This document shows, piece after piece, positions 1 to 10,167 of a DNA stretch of 52,664 nt. Every line of letters begins with the position of its first letter. Positions within the stretch are counted from its first letter, which is position 1. The position numbers were made by a program, and so were the translations under genes. The stretch comes from Candidatus Parepulonipiscium sp. PG-Nun2H_MBin03 (lineage in GTDB: Bacteria > Bacillota > Clostridia > Lachnospirales > Cellulosilyticaceae): positions 1-52,664 of the forward strand of contig MDJN01000171.1 in the NCBI GenBank assembly GCA_001995005.1, in the 5' to 3' direction. The notes below the pieces were generated by a model. It saw nothing but the letters and a program-made list of their open reading frames with translations. It ran no database searches and was not told the origin of the DNA.

Positions 1-5
1 TTTAG

Positions 6-962
6 ATGAAATATATTATTTTATTAATTTTACTATTACCTATAAATGTAGGTGCTCAACCCATTACACAAACTGAATTTTTAATGGGTACATTTGCAAG
101 TATAACCTCATTTAAAAAAACTAATACCTCTATTGTTAATCAATGTTTTGATACTTTATTTAGCCTAGATAATACCCTTAGTTTAACTAAAGAAGATTCA
201 TTAATAAACAATTTAGGCATGAAAAAAACAACCTTACCTCCAGATATTTATAATTTAATCCAACGAGGATTATACTATAGTTATCAAAGTCAGGGTGCAT
301 TTGATATAACCATAGCCCCCCTTACTAATCTTTGGCGTATAGGCTTTGATGATGCAAAAATTCCTACAGAAAAAGAAATCATCACAGCACAAAATCTTGT
401 AAATTATAATAATGTTGTTTTAGAAGATAATAGTATATACTTTCTTAAGCCAAATATGAAACTTGACTTAGGCAGCATTGCTAAAGGATATGCAACAGAT
501 ATTGTAGTTGATATATTAACTAAAAATAACGTTGATAAATCTATTATCAATATTGGGGGTAATGTTTATATACTATCTAACACACCTTTAACAGTAGAAT
601 TGCAAGACCCTCATGCCGCTACGGGTGAAACTTTTGCTACGTTAAGTCTGAGCAACCAATCAATTGTAACAACGGGAATATATGAACGTTATCTAGACGA
701 ATATCACCATATATTAGACCCAAAAACTGGTTATCCTTATCAAAATGAATTACCAAGCGTTAGTATAATAGGCACGTCTTCTCTTGACAGCGACTGTTTA
801 TCTACAACTGCATTTGCACTTGGACTTGAATCGGGATTAAAATATATTGAACATTTACCGGATTACGAAGGCATCTTTGTTACAAAAGACAAAAAAGTAT
901 ATGTTACACCAAACGTAAATCTAGTAATTACAAACAAGGATTATGAGATATATGACTTATAA
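6..962 (+). CDS. apbE: FAD:protein FMN transferase (ApbE family)
   Basis: Motifs FLMGT, GAFDITIAPL, LDLGSIAKGY, SIVTTGIYER, YHHILDPKTGYP; N-terminal signal peptide; in-frame TAG directly before the ATG fixes the start. Confidence 0.93.
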   Translation: MKYIILLILLLPINVGAQPITQTEFLMGTFASITSFKKTNTSIVNQCFDTLFSLDNTLSLTKEDSLINNLGMKKTTLPPDIYNLIQRGLYYSYQSQGAFDITIAPLTNLWRIGFDDAKIPTEKEIITAQNLVNYNNVVLEDNSIYFLKPNMKLDLGSIAKGYATDIVVDILTKNNVDKSIINIGGNVYILSNTPLTVELQDPHAATGETFATLSLSNQSIVTTGIYERYLDEYHHILDPKTGYPYQNELPSVSIIGTSSLDSDCLSTTAFALGLESGLKYIEHLPDYEGIFVTKDKKVYVTPNVNLVITNKDYEIYDL

Positions 963-963
963 C

Positions 964-993
964 TTGCAAAATACTATTTTTGTATGTTATACT
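964..993 (+). promoter_or_regulatory. sigma-A-type promoter of the ser operon
   Basis: TTGCAA-18-TATACT with an extended -10 TG; AGGAGG RBS downstream. Confidence 0.65.
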
Positions 994-1018
994 TTTGATT
1001 TTATAGGAGGATGAGAAA

Positions 1019-2113
1019 ATGGAAAGATGTTATAATTTTTCGGCAGGACCTAGTATGTTACCTCTAGCTGTTTTGCTAAAAGCACAAGAAGAATTTATCA
1101 ATTATAATGGCTGTGGCATGTCTGTTGCAGAAATGAGCCATCGTTCAAAAACTTATGAGCACATAATACACACGGCTGAGAGCGATCTTCGTGACCTTAT
1201 GAATATTCCAGATAACTATACAGTGTTATTCTTACAAGGCGGTGCAAGTACTCAGTTTGCTATGGTGCCACTTAACCTTACTAAGCATAAACATGCCGAT
1301 TACGTTAACACTGGTCAGTGGAGTAAAAAAGCTATCCAAGAAGCTCAAAAATATACTAATGTAAATGTAGTTGCCTCATCAGAAGATGCTATGTTTAATT
1401 ATATCCCCAAACTTGAAAGCTCTATGTTTAACCCTGAAGCTGACTATGCATATCTAACAGTTAATAATACAATTTATGGGACACATATCCCAAATGATGC
1501 TATACCTGATACTAAGGATGTACCATTAGTTGCAGATATGAGTTCTAACATTTTAGGCGAAAAGTATGACATTACTAAATTTGGAATTGTATTTGCTGGG
1601 GCACAAAAAAACTTAGGTTCTGCAGGTGTGACTATAGTTATAATTCGCAATGATTTGTTAGATAATAATTTAGATTTTACTCCAACTATGCTTCAATATA
1701 GTGTGCATCAAAAAAATGACTCTATGTATAACACTCCTCCAACATATGCGATATATTTGACAGGCTTAGTATTTAAGTGGGCCAAAGAGCTAGGCGGCGT
1801 AGATGTATTAGAGCAAATAAATAAAGACAAAGCAAGTATATTATATGATTTCTTAGATAAAAGTTCTTTATTTACAGGAACCGTAAATAAAAATGACCGT
1901 TCACTTATGAATATACCTTTTATATTACCAAACGATGAGTTAAACAAGAAATTTATCGAACAAGCAACTCAGCAAGGCTTTGTCAATCTTAAAGGACATA
2001 GAACTATAGGTGGTATGCGAGCTTCAATATATAACGCTATGCCTATAGAAGGTGTTAAGAAGTTAGTGGAGTTTATGCAAAAATTCGAGTCACAGGAGGC
2101 TAAATATGTTTGA
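1019..2113 (+). CDS. serC: Phosphoserine aminotransferase
   Basis: YNFSAGPSMLP, EMSHRS, FAGAQKNLG (PLP lysine), NTPP, GHRTIGGMRASIYNA. Confidence 0.97.
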   Translation: MERCYNFSAGPSMLPLAVLLKAQEEFINYNGCGMSVAEMSHRSKTYEHIIHTAESDLRDLMNIPDNYTVLFLQGGASTQFAMVPLNLTKHKHADYVNTGQWSKKAIQEAQKYTNVNVVASSEDAMFNYIPKLESSMFNPEADYAYLTVNNTIYGTHIPNDAIPDTKDVPLVADMSSNILGEKYDITKFGIVFAGAQKNLGSAGVTIVIIRNDLLDNNLDFTPTMLQYSVHQKNDSMYNTPPTYAIYLTGLVFKWAKELGGVDVLEQINKDKASILYDFLDKSSLFTGTVNKNDRSLMNIPFILPNDELNKKFIEQATQQGFVNLKGHRTIGGMRASIYNAMPIEGVKKLVEFMQKFESQEAKYV

Positions 2114-3260
2114 TGTTTTAACATTAAATGATATATCACAAAAAGGGTTAAATAAACTAAATAAACGAGACTTTACCATTAGTTCTACAACTGAAAATCC
2201 TGATGCTATATTGCTAAGAAGTGCATCTATGCATGACATGGCTCTAAACAAAAACTTACTTGCCATTTCTCGTGCTGGAGCAGGTACTAATAATATTCCA
2301 ATCCAAAATTGTACTGATGCTGGTATTGTGGTTTTTAATACTCCAGGGGCAAATGCTAATGCCGTAAAAGAATTAGTCATAACTGCATTATTACTTTCTT
2401 CTAGAAAAGTAATAGACGGAATTGAGTGGGCCAAAACTTTAGAAGGTAATATACCAGAGCTTGTTGAAAAAGGCAAAAACCAATTTAGCGGCCCTGAACT
2501 ATATGGTAAAACATTATCTGTAATAGGGCTAGGTGCTATAGGAGTTTTAGTAGCAAATGTAGCAACTTCTCTTGGACTTCGTGTAATAGGATATGACCCT
2601 TATCTATCTGTAATATCTGCATTGCATATTAAAACTAATGTCATTATTGCCGAAACCTTAGACGAAGCATTGAGCGAAAGTGATTATATTTCAATACATG
2701 TGCCATATAATCAAAAAACCAAGCACCTATTTAATGATGAAACATTTGCTAAAGTAAAACCAAACTGCAAACTTTTAAACTTCGCAAGAGCAGAGCTGGT
2801 GGATAATAATGCACTTAAAAATGCTATCGAACAGCACATTATCTCCACATATATTACAGATTTTCCAACCGAAGATATATTAAACTTTAAAAATGTGATA
2901 GCTATTCCTCACCTTGGTGCATCAACTCCTGAAAGCGAAGAAAATTGTGCTGAAATGGCAGCCACAGAATTGAGCCAGTTCTTAAAATACGGAATAATAA
3001 AGAATTCTGTAAATTTTCCTAGCTGTGATTCTGCCTATTCTGGTAAGACTCGTATAACTTTGATACACAAAAACATTCCTAAAATGGTGGGTTCTATAAC
3101 TAATATTTTGGCTAACGAAGACATAAATATAGACAACATGGTGAATAAATCTAAGGGAGATATTGCATATACGATAGTCGATATCGACTCAAAAGACGCA
3201 CACACTCTTATACCACAGTTAGAAAATATCTCTGGCATGATAAAAGTAAGATTAATTTAG
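2106..3260 (+). CDS. serA: D-3-phosphoglycerate dehydrogenase with C-terminal ACT domain
   Basis: RAGAGTNNI, NTPGANANAV, GLGAIG Rossmann motif, PHLGAST, ACT domain HKNIPKMV; overlaps serC. Confidence 0.93.
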   Translation: MFDVLTLNDISQKGLNKLNKRDFTISSTTENPDAILLRSASMHDMALNKNLLAISRAGAGTNNIPIQNCTDAGIVVFNTPGANANAVKELVITALLLSSRKVIDGIEWAKTLEGNIPELVEKGKNQFSGPELYGKTLSVIGLGAIGVLVANVATSLGLRVIGYDPYLSVISALHIKTNVIIAETLDEALSESDYISIHVPYNQKTKHLFNDETFAKVKPNCKLLNFARAELVDNNALKNAIEQHIISTYITDFPTEDILNFKNVIAIPHLGASTPESEENCAEMAATELSQFLKYGIIKNSVNFPSCDSAYSGKTRITLIHKNIPKMVGSITNILANEDINIDNMVNKSKGDIAYTIVDIDSKDAHTLIPQLENISGMIKVRLI

Positions 3261-3273
3261 AGGAGCGAGAAAA

Positions 3274-4503
3274 ATGGCAACGGTAAAAAAATTCAAAGCA
3301 GTACGACCAAATCCAGCTTATGCTGATAAAGTTTCATCTTTACCTTATGATGTAATGAATGAGCAAGAAGCGAGAGCTATGGCAAAAGATAATGCTTACT
3401 CATATTTACATGTAGATAGAAGCGAAATAGATTTTCCAGAAGGCATAGACCCACATACCCAGCCAGTATACGAAAAAGCCGCTTCCAATTTACAGCAAAT
3501 GTTATCACAAGGCGTAATGTTACAAGATTCTCAAGATTGTTTATATATCTATAAATTAAATTCTCAAATTGGATTAGTGTGCACAACAAGCATTGATGAG
3601 ACATTAGATAATACCATAAAAAAGCATGAGCTTACACGCCCTGACAAAGAAGATGATAGAGTTAATCATATTGACTATTGCAACGCTAATACTAGCCCTA
3701 TATTTTTGACATATAGAGCAAATACAAATATAGACACAATAATAAATGATTATATATCATCGACTGAGCCTATATATAATTTTACTTTAGATGATGATGT
3801 TACTCATACTGTTTGGAAGATAGATGACGATGATGTATGTAATATGATTATACAACAATTTGCTAATATACCAAATTTATATATTGCGGATGGGCATCAT
3901 AGAAATGCTAGTGCTGTAAGAGTAGCACAAAAACGCCGTCTTGAACATCCAGATTATACTGGAGATGAGGAATTTAACTTCTATCTATCTGTATTATTTC
4001 CTGATAATCAATTAAATATTTTAGATTATAACAGAGTTGTAACAGATTTAAATGGATTAACGTCTAATGAGTTTCTTGCAACTCTTAAAGAAAAGTTTGA
4101 CGTACAAGTGACTACGGGTAGCTATAAGCCACAACAACCCGCACAATACGGAATGTACCTTGACGGTGTTTGGCATATTTTAACGGCTAAGCCCGAGATA
4201 ATCTCTGATGATTGTATTAAAGGACTTGATGTATCTATTCTCCAAGATAATATATTACAACCTCTACTAGGTATAGACGACCCACGTACTAGTACTCGGA
4301 TAAATTTTGTAGGCGGAATACGTGGAGTTTTGGAACTAGAAAGATTAGTAGATACTGGTCATTATAAAGTTGCATTTAGTCTGTATCCTACTTCTATGGA
4401 ACAGCTCTTAGCCGTTGCGGATACATCTAATGTAATGCCACCAAAATCTACTTGGTTTGAACCTAAATTAAGAAGTGGGCTGTTTTTGCACTTGCTTAGC
4501 TAA
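3274..4503 (+). CDS. DUF1015 family protein
   Basis: PYDV, IKKHELT, LYIADGHHR, MPPKSTWFEPKLRSGL; usual position after serC-serA. Confidence 0.9.
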   Translation: MATVKKFKAVRPNPAYADKVSSLPYDVMNEQEARAMAKDNAYSYLHVDRSEIDFPEGIDPHTQPVYEKAASNLQQMLSQGVMLQDSQDCLYIYKLNSQIGLVCTTSIDETLDNTIKKHELTRPDKEDDRVNHIDYCNANTSPIFLTYRANTNIDTIINDYISSTEPIYNFTLDDDVTHTVWKIDDDDVCNMIIQQFANIPNLYIADGHHRNASAVRVAQKRRLEHPDYTGDEEFNFYLSVLFPDNQLNILDYNRVVTDLNGLTSNEFLATLKEKFDVQVTTGSYKPQQPAQYGMYLDGVWHILTAKPEIISDDCIKGLDVSILQDNILQPLLGIDDPRTSTRINFVGGIRGVLELERLVDTGHYKVAFSLYPTSMEQLLAVADTSNVMPPKSTWFEPKLRSGLFLHLLS

Positions 4504-4510
4504 AATAATT

Positions 4511-4534
4511 AGAGGGTATATCTTTATACCCTCT
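4511..4534. terminator. Bidirectional intrinsic terminator
   Basis: AGAGGGTATA-TCTT-TATACCCTCT hairpin between convergent genes. Confidence 0.8.
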
Positions 4535-5605
4535 TTAAGTTGTGGAATTTTTCAGTTTTTCTGCTTGGTCATGCGTTGTAAGAGTTGAGATAATCTCTTC
4601 TAAATCTCCATCTAAAACTTGCTCTAGTTTATGCAACGTAAGCCCTACCCTATGATCAGTTACTCTTCCTTGAGGAAAATTGTATGTTCTAATTCTCTCA
4701 TTTCTATTTCCCGTGCCTACTTGAGATTTTTTCTCAGCTGCAATTTCAGCTTTTTGCTTACTAAGTTCCATTTCATATAACTTTGCACGCATTACCTTTA
4801 ATGCTTTATCCTTATTCTTTAATTGGGATTTTTCATCTTGGCAAGATACTACTATACCCGTTGGTAAATGAGTTAATCTAACTGCTGAATCGGTTGTATT
4901 AACACTTTGTCCTCCGTTTCCTGATGAACGAAACACGTCTGTTTTAATATCATTCATATTAATCTCTACATCAACATCCTCCGCTTCTGGTAATACGGCT
5001 ACCGTAACCGTAGAAGTATGGATGCGTCCGCTAGATTCTGTGTCTGGGACACGCTGTACACGATGCACACCACTTTCATACTTTAGTCTAGAATATGCTC
5101 CCTCTCCTTTTAACATAAATATAGCTTCTTTAAATCCGCCAATGCCATTTTCATTAATATCCATAAGCTCGCTTTTCCACTTAGATCTCTCTGCAAATCT
5201 ATTATACATTCTATATAAATCAGCTGCAAACAATGCCGCCTCATCTCCACCAGCACCTCCACGGATCTCTACTATAACGTTTTTGTCATCGTTAGGATCT
5301 TTAGGCAATAATAAAATTTTCAACTCTTCTTCTAGTGGTTCAATTCTCTTTTTATTTTCGCTAAGCTCATCTTTTACCAATGCCTCAAAATCTGCATCAA
5401 GCTTATCATCAAGCATTACTAGAGCTTCCTCAATAGCATTTTTCACTCCCTTATACTCCTTATATTTATCAACAATAGGTGAGAGCATACTCATCTCTTT
5501 CATCAGACTACGCCAAGTCGTCTGATCAGCAATAACGCTTGGTTCATTTACTTTTTCACTTATTTCCTCAAATTTAGTAATCAATTCATCTAATTGGTCA
5601 AACAT
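4535..5605 (-). CDS. prfA: Peptide chain release factor 1
   Basis: GGQ motif, [11 protein letters not shown] (PxT), [16 protein letters not shown]; start moved to MFDQL at 5605 after RBS AAGGAG. Confidence 0.97.
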   Translation of the reverse strand: MFDQLDELITKFEEISEKVNEPSVIADQTTWRSLMKEMSMLSPIVDKYKEYKGVKNAIEEALVMLDDKLDADFEALVKDELSENKKRIEPLEEELKILLLPKDPNDDKNVIVEIRGGAGGDEAALFAADLYRMYNRFAERSKWKSELMDINENGIGGFKEAIFMLKGEGAYSRLKYESGVHRVQRVPDTESSGRIHTSTVTVAVLPEAEDVDVEINMNDIKTDVFRSSGNGGQSVNTTDSAVRLTHLPTGIVVSCQDEKSQLKNKDKALKVMRAKLYEMELSKQKAEIAAEKKSQVGTGNRNERIRTYNFPQGRVTDHRVGLTLHKLEQVLDGDLEEIISTLTTHDQAEKLKNSTT

Positions 5606-5606
5606 A

Positions 5607-6446
5607 CTACTCTCCTTTTCTTGCAAATACGACTCTATCTTTTTTATTATAATCTAGAATTAATCTAATTTCTAGGTAACCTGCCGATTTTAAAATATCT
5701 ATTACATCTTGACCTTGATTATATCCAATTTCAAGTGCTATAAATCCGCCTTTTTTCAAAAAATCATATCCTGTTGTTGCTATATTTCTATAAAAACTTA
5801 ACCCATCCGCATTATCGGATAACGCAATATGCGGTTCTCTATATACTTCTAATTCAAGAGTATTATATTCATCTTTAGGAATATACGGAGGATTTGATAC
5901 TATAAAATCTACTGCAATATGTGGCATATTCCTTAAAATATCACTTTTTATAAAATTTATTTCACAATTATGCTTAGTTGCATTAAACTTTGCCACCGCT
6001 ATAGCATCGGATGATATGTCACAACTTGTCATAGCCAATCCTTTAATAAATCTAACTAAAGATATAGATATACATCCGGAGCCGACTCCGATTTCAATTC
6101 CTGTACGTAATGTGTGTTGCTTAGAAAACTCAATAATATTTTCTACTAAAATTTCCGTATCTTGTCGTGGAATTAAAACTCTATTATCTACAAAAAATTC
6201 TAACCCCATAAACTCTTGGCTATTTGTAATATATTGCAAAGGCTCATGACATTTGCGCCTGTTTATTAAAGAGAGATAGTCTAAATATATCTGCTCATCT
6301 ATATCTTTTTCTCCATTTAAAATAATATAATTTCTATCGCAGTTTAATTTATGCATAAGTAATAAGCGTGCATCTATTATAGCATCTAAAACATTTGCCT
6401 CTTGTAAGATTTTAATTCCTATATTTATCGTCTTACTAATTGTCAT
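5607..6446 (-). CDS. prmC: Release factor glutamine methyltransferase
   Basis: [27 protein letters not shown]; adjacent to prfA. Confidence 0.95.
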   Translation of the reverse strand: MTISKTINIGIKILQEANVLDAIIDARLLLMHKLNCDRNYIILNGEKDIDEQIYLDYLSLINRRKCHEPLQYITNSQEFMGLEFFVDNRVLIPRQDTEILVENIIEFSKQHTLRTGIEIGVGSGCISISLVRFIKGLAMTSCDISSDAIAVAKFNATKHNCEINFIKSDILRNMPHIAVDFIVSNPPYIPKDEYNTLELEVYREPHIALSDNADGLSFYRNIATTGYDFLKKGGFIALEIGYNQGQDVIDILKSAGYLEIRLILDYNKKDRVVFARKGE

Positions 6447-7373
6447 CTAAACTTCTTCTTCCTTTTCTAAAACTGCGTTTAAGGCTAATATAGCTACCTC
6501 AATTTGCCCCTCATCAGGCTCTAACGTAGTAAATTCTTTTTGTAACCATAATCCTGGTTTACTCACAAAACTTGCTAGACTATTATCTGGATTTTTTCTA
6601 GCCCATCTTATAAACTCATAGCTAATTCCAGAGATTACAGGTACCATAATAATCCTAATAACTGTTCTTAACCAAATATTAGTAGTTGTAAAAACACTAA
6701 ACACTAAAATACTAACTACCATAACTATAAATAAAAAGCTTGTTCCGCAAGATTTGTGTAATCTAGTTGAAGTTTGTACATTTTCTATAGTAAGAGGTAA
6801 CTCGGACTCTAAGCAATTGATAGCTTTATGCTCAGCCCCATGGTACATAAATGTGCGTTTAATATCTTTCATGTTGGATATAAGCTTCATATATATCAAA
6901 AAAATTGTTATTCTAAATACGCCTTCAATTAAATTAAGCACAAAGGAGCTTGAGATAAAATATCTAAACAGTTGGCTCAACCACATAGGAAGCACCATAA
7001 AAATTGTAATAGATAATGCAAAAGATATCATCATTGTAATTACTAAAAATATTTTTTCTGTTTTATCTCCTAATTTATCTCTTAACCATAATTCAAATTT
7101 ACTAGGGTCCTCGTCTTCATCTTCTCCTAAAATTTCTGCTGAATAACTAAGTGTTTTTGTACCTACTACTAATGATTCTACAAAAACAACTACTCCACGA
7201 ATAATAGGAAGTCTAAAAAATTTACTTTTATCTAAGAAGCTGCTACTTTTTTTAACATCAACGTCAGTAGAATTATCCGGCTTTCTAACAGCAACAGAAT
7301 AGTAATTTTTACTCTTCATCATAACGCCTTCTATAACAGCTTGTCCACCAATATCCACTCTCAAGTTTTTCAC
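6447..7373 (-). CDS. DUF1385 membrane protein (predicted metal-dependent enzyme)
   Basis: IGGQAVIEGVMM, FMYHGAEHK, CGTSF; GTG start after AGGAGG; usual rpmE-DUF1385-prmC-prfA order. Confidence 0.92.
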   Translation of the reverse strand: MKNLRVDIGGQAVIEGVMMKSKNYYSVAVRKPDNSTDVDVKKSSSFLDKSKFFRLPIIRGVVVFVESLVVGTKTLSYSAEILGEDEDEDPSKFELWLRDKLGDKTEKIFLVITMMISFALSITIFMVLPMWLSQLFRYFISSSFVLNLIEGVFRITIFLIYMKLISNMKDIKRTFMYHGAEHKAINCLESELPLTIENVQTSTRLHKSCGTSFLFIVMVVSILVFSVFTTTNIWLRTVIRIIMVPVISGISYEFIRWARKNPDNSLASFVSKPGLWLQKEFTTLEPDEGQIEVAILALNAVLEKEEEV

Positions 7374-7395
7374 TCCTCCTATTTAAAACTTATCT

Positions 7396-7416
7396 CTGTT
7401 AAGTTAACAGGTCCAA
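7396..7416 (-). promoter_or_regulatory. Palindromic leader element (copy 1)
   Basis: CTGTTAA-G-TTAACAG palindrome at 7396-7410; 17/18 identity of 7399-7416 to 15426-15443. Confidence 0.5.
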
Positions 7417-7468
7417 AATTTATAGTAATCTACTAAGTATTTTATATTAAAAAAAATAAGATTGGCTC

Positions 7469-7494
7469 AAAAAAAGGTTGAGATATCCTCAACC
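7469..7494 (-). terminator. Intrinsic terminator after rpmE
   Basis: GGTTGAG/CTCAACC stem followed by a T run on the minus strand. Confidence 0.8.
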
Positions 7495-7692
7495 CTACAC
7501 ATTATATCGTTTGTTAAACTTATCAATTCTACCTTTAGCTTGTGCCGAACGTTGCTTACCAGTGTAAAAAGGATGGCATTGTGAGCATACTTCCACACGG
7601 ATATTTTCTTTTGTAGAACGAGTTTTAAAACTATGACCGCAATTGCAAGTTATAGTAAGTTCTTCATATTTTGGTTGAATTTCTGCATTCAT
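7495..7692 (-). CDS. rpmE: 50S ribosomal protein L31 (zinc-binding type)
   Basis: CNCG...[22 protein letters not shown]. Confidence 0.97.
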   Translation of the reverse strand: MNAEIQPKYEELTITCNCGHSFKTRSTKENIRVEVCSQCHPFYTGKQRSAQAKGRIDKFNKRYNV

Positions 7693-7739
7693 TTGTATTC
7701 ACCTCTTTCAGATATTTCCGTATAAATCGAACAAATCGT

Positions 7740-7768
7740 ATTATAACATGTACGGAAACAATATGCAA
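7740..7768 (-). promoter_or_regulatory. sigma-A promoter of rpmE
   Basis: TTGCAT-17-TATAAT with extended TG. Confidence 0.75.
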
Positions 7769-7782
7769 GTCTTATATTTATA

Positions 7783-9048
7783 TTATATCCTATTTATCTG
7801 TTTTATACACTCCATGTTAGTCTTATAACGAATAAATATTTTAATTAAATTCTCTGTAACTTCAGAAGCGTTTCCACGACTTAATTCTTTTCTAATTTGG
7901 TATCCAGCACTCATCTCATCTTTTGATAACAATAAATCATCTCGCCTAGTACCTGATTTATATATATCAATTGCAGGAAAAATTCTTTTTTCAGATAAAG
8001 CTCGGTCTAAGACTAGTTCCATGTTACCAGTTCCTTTAAACTCTTCAAAAATAACATCATCCATTTTTGAGCCTGTATCCACTAATGCAGTACCTAAAAT
8101 AGTTAAGCTGCCGCCATGTTCAATCTTTCGTGCAGCTCCAAAAAATTTTTTTGGCATATAAAGAGCTGCAGGGTCTAATCCACCTGAGAGAGTTCTTCCG
8201 CTAGGCGTTGTGGTTAAATTATATGCCCTTGTCATTCTTGTTATACTATCTAGTAAAATAACCAAATCTTTGCCGTGCTCTACCATACGCTTAGCACGCT
8301 CTAGCACCATTTCTACAACCTGCCTATGGTGCTCTGGTGGTTCGTCAAACGTCGAAGCGATAACTTGTACATCTGTGCCTGTTATGCTCCTTCTAATATC
8401 TGTTACTTCTTCTGGACGTTCATCAATTAGTAATACAATCAAAGATATGTCCGAATGATTGTGAGTTATAGCATTTGCAATCTGTTTTAACAAAATAGTT
8501 TTGCCCACCTTTGGCGGTGCAACAATTAAGCCACGTTGTCCTTTACCTATTGGTGCAATTAAGTCAATAATTCTAGTTGATAATATCTTTTCGCCTTTTT
8601 CTAAAGTCAATCTTTCAGTTGGAAAAACAGGAACTAAATTTTCAAAATTAGGCCTGCTCTTTGCTTTTTCAGGATCTTCAAAATTTACAGTACGGACAAA
8701 AAGCAGTGCCCCAGCTTTTTCTCCTTCTTTAGGATTTCTCATATCTCCTTCAACCCAGTCCCCAGTTTTTAAATTAAATCTTCTAATTTGCGAATTAGAA
8801 ACATATATATCGTTTTCACCTCGCATAAAATTTTTTGCTCGCAAAAAGCCATACCCATCTGCCATAATTTCTAAAATCCCTGCACCAGTTTTTCTGCCAT
8901 TTTGTGATACCTCTTGAGGTATTGACGGTATTGGTGTTTCGGTTAAAATTTCAATGAGTTCGCTTTTTTTTAATTTGCTAATATTTTTTATATCTCTTTG
9001 CTTAGCAAGAGCTCGCAATTCCTCAAGCTTCATCTCTTTTATCTCCAT
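7783..9048 (-). CDS. rho: Transcription termination factor Rho
   Basis: Rho N-terminal helices, [41 protein letters not shown]. Confidence 0.97.
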   Translation of the reverse strand: MEIKEMKLEELRALAKQRDIKNISKLKKSELIEILTETPIPSIPQEVSQNGRKTGAGILEIMADGYGFLRAKNFMRGENDIYVSNSQIRRFNLKTGDWVEGDMRNPKEGEKAGALLFVRTVNFEDPEKAKSRPNFENLVPVFPTERLTLEKGEKILSTRIIDLIAPIGKGQRGLIVAPPKVGKTILLKQIANAITHNHSDISLIVLLIDERPEEVTDIRRSITGTDVQVIASTFDEPPEHHRQVVEMVLERAKRMVEHGKDLVILLDSITRMTRAYNLTTTPSGRTLSGGLDPAALYMPKKFFGAARKIEHGGSLTILGTALVDTGSKMDDVIFEEFKGTGNMELVLDRALSEKRIFPAIDIYKSGTRRDDLLLSKDEMSAGYQIRKELSRGNASEVTENLIKIFIRYKTNMECIKQINRI

Positions 9049-9067
9049 AATAAAATCCCCTTCGCAT

Positions 9068-9550
9068 CTACCTATTTACAGTTGATAAAGCAATTACGCC
9101 GGTGCGAGCACTTTCTATGATGCCATAAGGACGTATGATGTTAATAAAATCATCTACAACTTCTTTTGTACCACAAACTTGGAACATAATTTCACTACCA
9201 TTTACATCTATAACGCTTACATAGTAAGATTTACTAATATCTTTTATCTTTTTATTTAATTCAGCAGATGATTTAACTTTTATAAGAGCTAAATCACGTG
9301 TTACATCAATTTCAGGCTCCAAAACTTCAACTTCGGTTATGTCTACTAGTTTTTCAAGTTGCCTCTTAATTTGCAACAGAGACCTCTCATCTTCTGTCAC
9401 ACAAATAGTAAGTCTAGAAATGGTCGACTCATGCGTTTCTTCCACTGCAAGGCTATCAAGATTAAAGCCTCGTCTAGTAAAAAGACTCGACACTCTTGCA
9501 ATTACCCCAGAATTATTGTGCGTTTTAACTGATAATATCATCTTTTTCAT
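9068..9550 (-). CDS. ilvN: Acetolactate synthase small (regulatory) subunit
   Basis: NNSGVIARVSSLFTRRGFNLDSL ACT motif, QLEKLVD, ARTGVIAL; likely start MKKMIL at 9550 after GAGGA. Confidence 0.88.
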   Translation of the reverse strand: MKKMILSVKTHNNSGVIARVSSLFTRRGFNLDSLAVEETHESTISRLTICVTEDERSLLQIKRQLEKLVDITEVEVLEPEIDVTRDLALIKVKSSAELNKKIKDISKSYYVSVIDVNGSEIMFQVCGTKEVVDDFINIIRPYGIIESARTGVIALSTVNR

Positions 9551-9581
9551 ATAGCAATCCTCACTTTTTTTATAATAGTAT

Positions 9582-9610
9582 ATTATGCACAATTTTTTTG
9601 ATAAAGTCAA
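9582..9610 (-). promoter_or_regulatory. sigma-A promoter of ilvN-rho
   Basis: TTGACT-17-CATAAT. Confidence 0.7.
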
Positions 9611-9723
9611 TTATTTTTGATATATTTAGTTAAGATAATTTTTTTTTAAATTAAGCTTATTTTAGCGTTGATACCTACATATAATTTTAGTACATCTACT
9701 TTCCATAGGAAGGGGGTGAATAA

Positions 9724-10050
9724 ATGGGGTATAGAGATGAATGGTTTAAGCATAATAAACCAGATTCTAAAGGCAAATATAAATGTGTCAATTGCAAAAA
9801 GAAGTTTGAAAAACGTGACATAGACATTGACCATAAGATACCAAAAAGAAAAGGCGGCACCGACCAGTTGTGGAACTTACAGGCTATGTGCAAGTGGTGT
9901 AATCGCAGTAAAGGTGCAAATCAAAGCTTATCAGATACGACTAGTAGCGTAATTGGTGCCACATTAAATGGCGATTTAGGCAAACTAGTAAAAGACGTAA
10001 CTAAACAAAAAACAAAAGATGCACTAGGCATAAAATATAAAAGAAAATAA
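9724..10050 (+). CDS. Small HNH endonuclease with CxxC/CxxC zinc motif
   Basis: CVNC...DIDHKIPKRKGGTDQLWNLQAMCKWCNRSKG; strong RBS AGGGGGTG. Confidence 0.9.
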   Translation: MGYRDEWFKHNKPDSKGKYKCVNCKKKFEKRDIDIDHKIPKRKGGTDQLWNLQAMCKWCNRSKGANQSLSDTTSSVIGATLNGDLGKLVKDVTKQKTKDALGIKYKRK

Positions 10051-10167
10051 TAAAATAATTAAGATACATATATTAGCTAAAAAAGACAAATTATAATACT
10101 AACTCTTTTTCAACCTAACCCTGTATAAAGAGTATATTACAAAATTAATAATAAAAGGAGAATTTAA

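Noticed and set aside
7399-7416. sigma-54 promoter reading of TTGGACCTGTTAACTTAA
   Set aside because: It has TGG but lacks the GC at the -12 position
9646-9893. Two short minus-strand ORFs opposite the HNH gene as possible antitoxin/immunity genes
   Set aside because: They overlap the HNH gene antisense, lack a clear RBS and have no recognisable features
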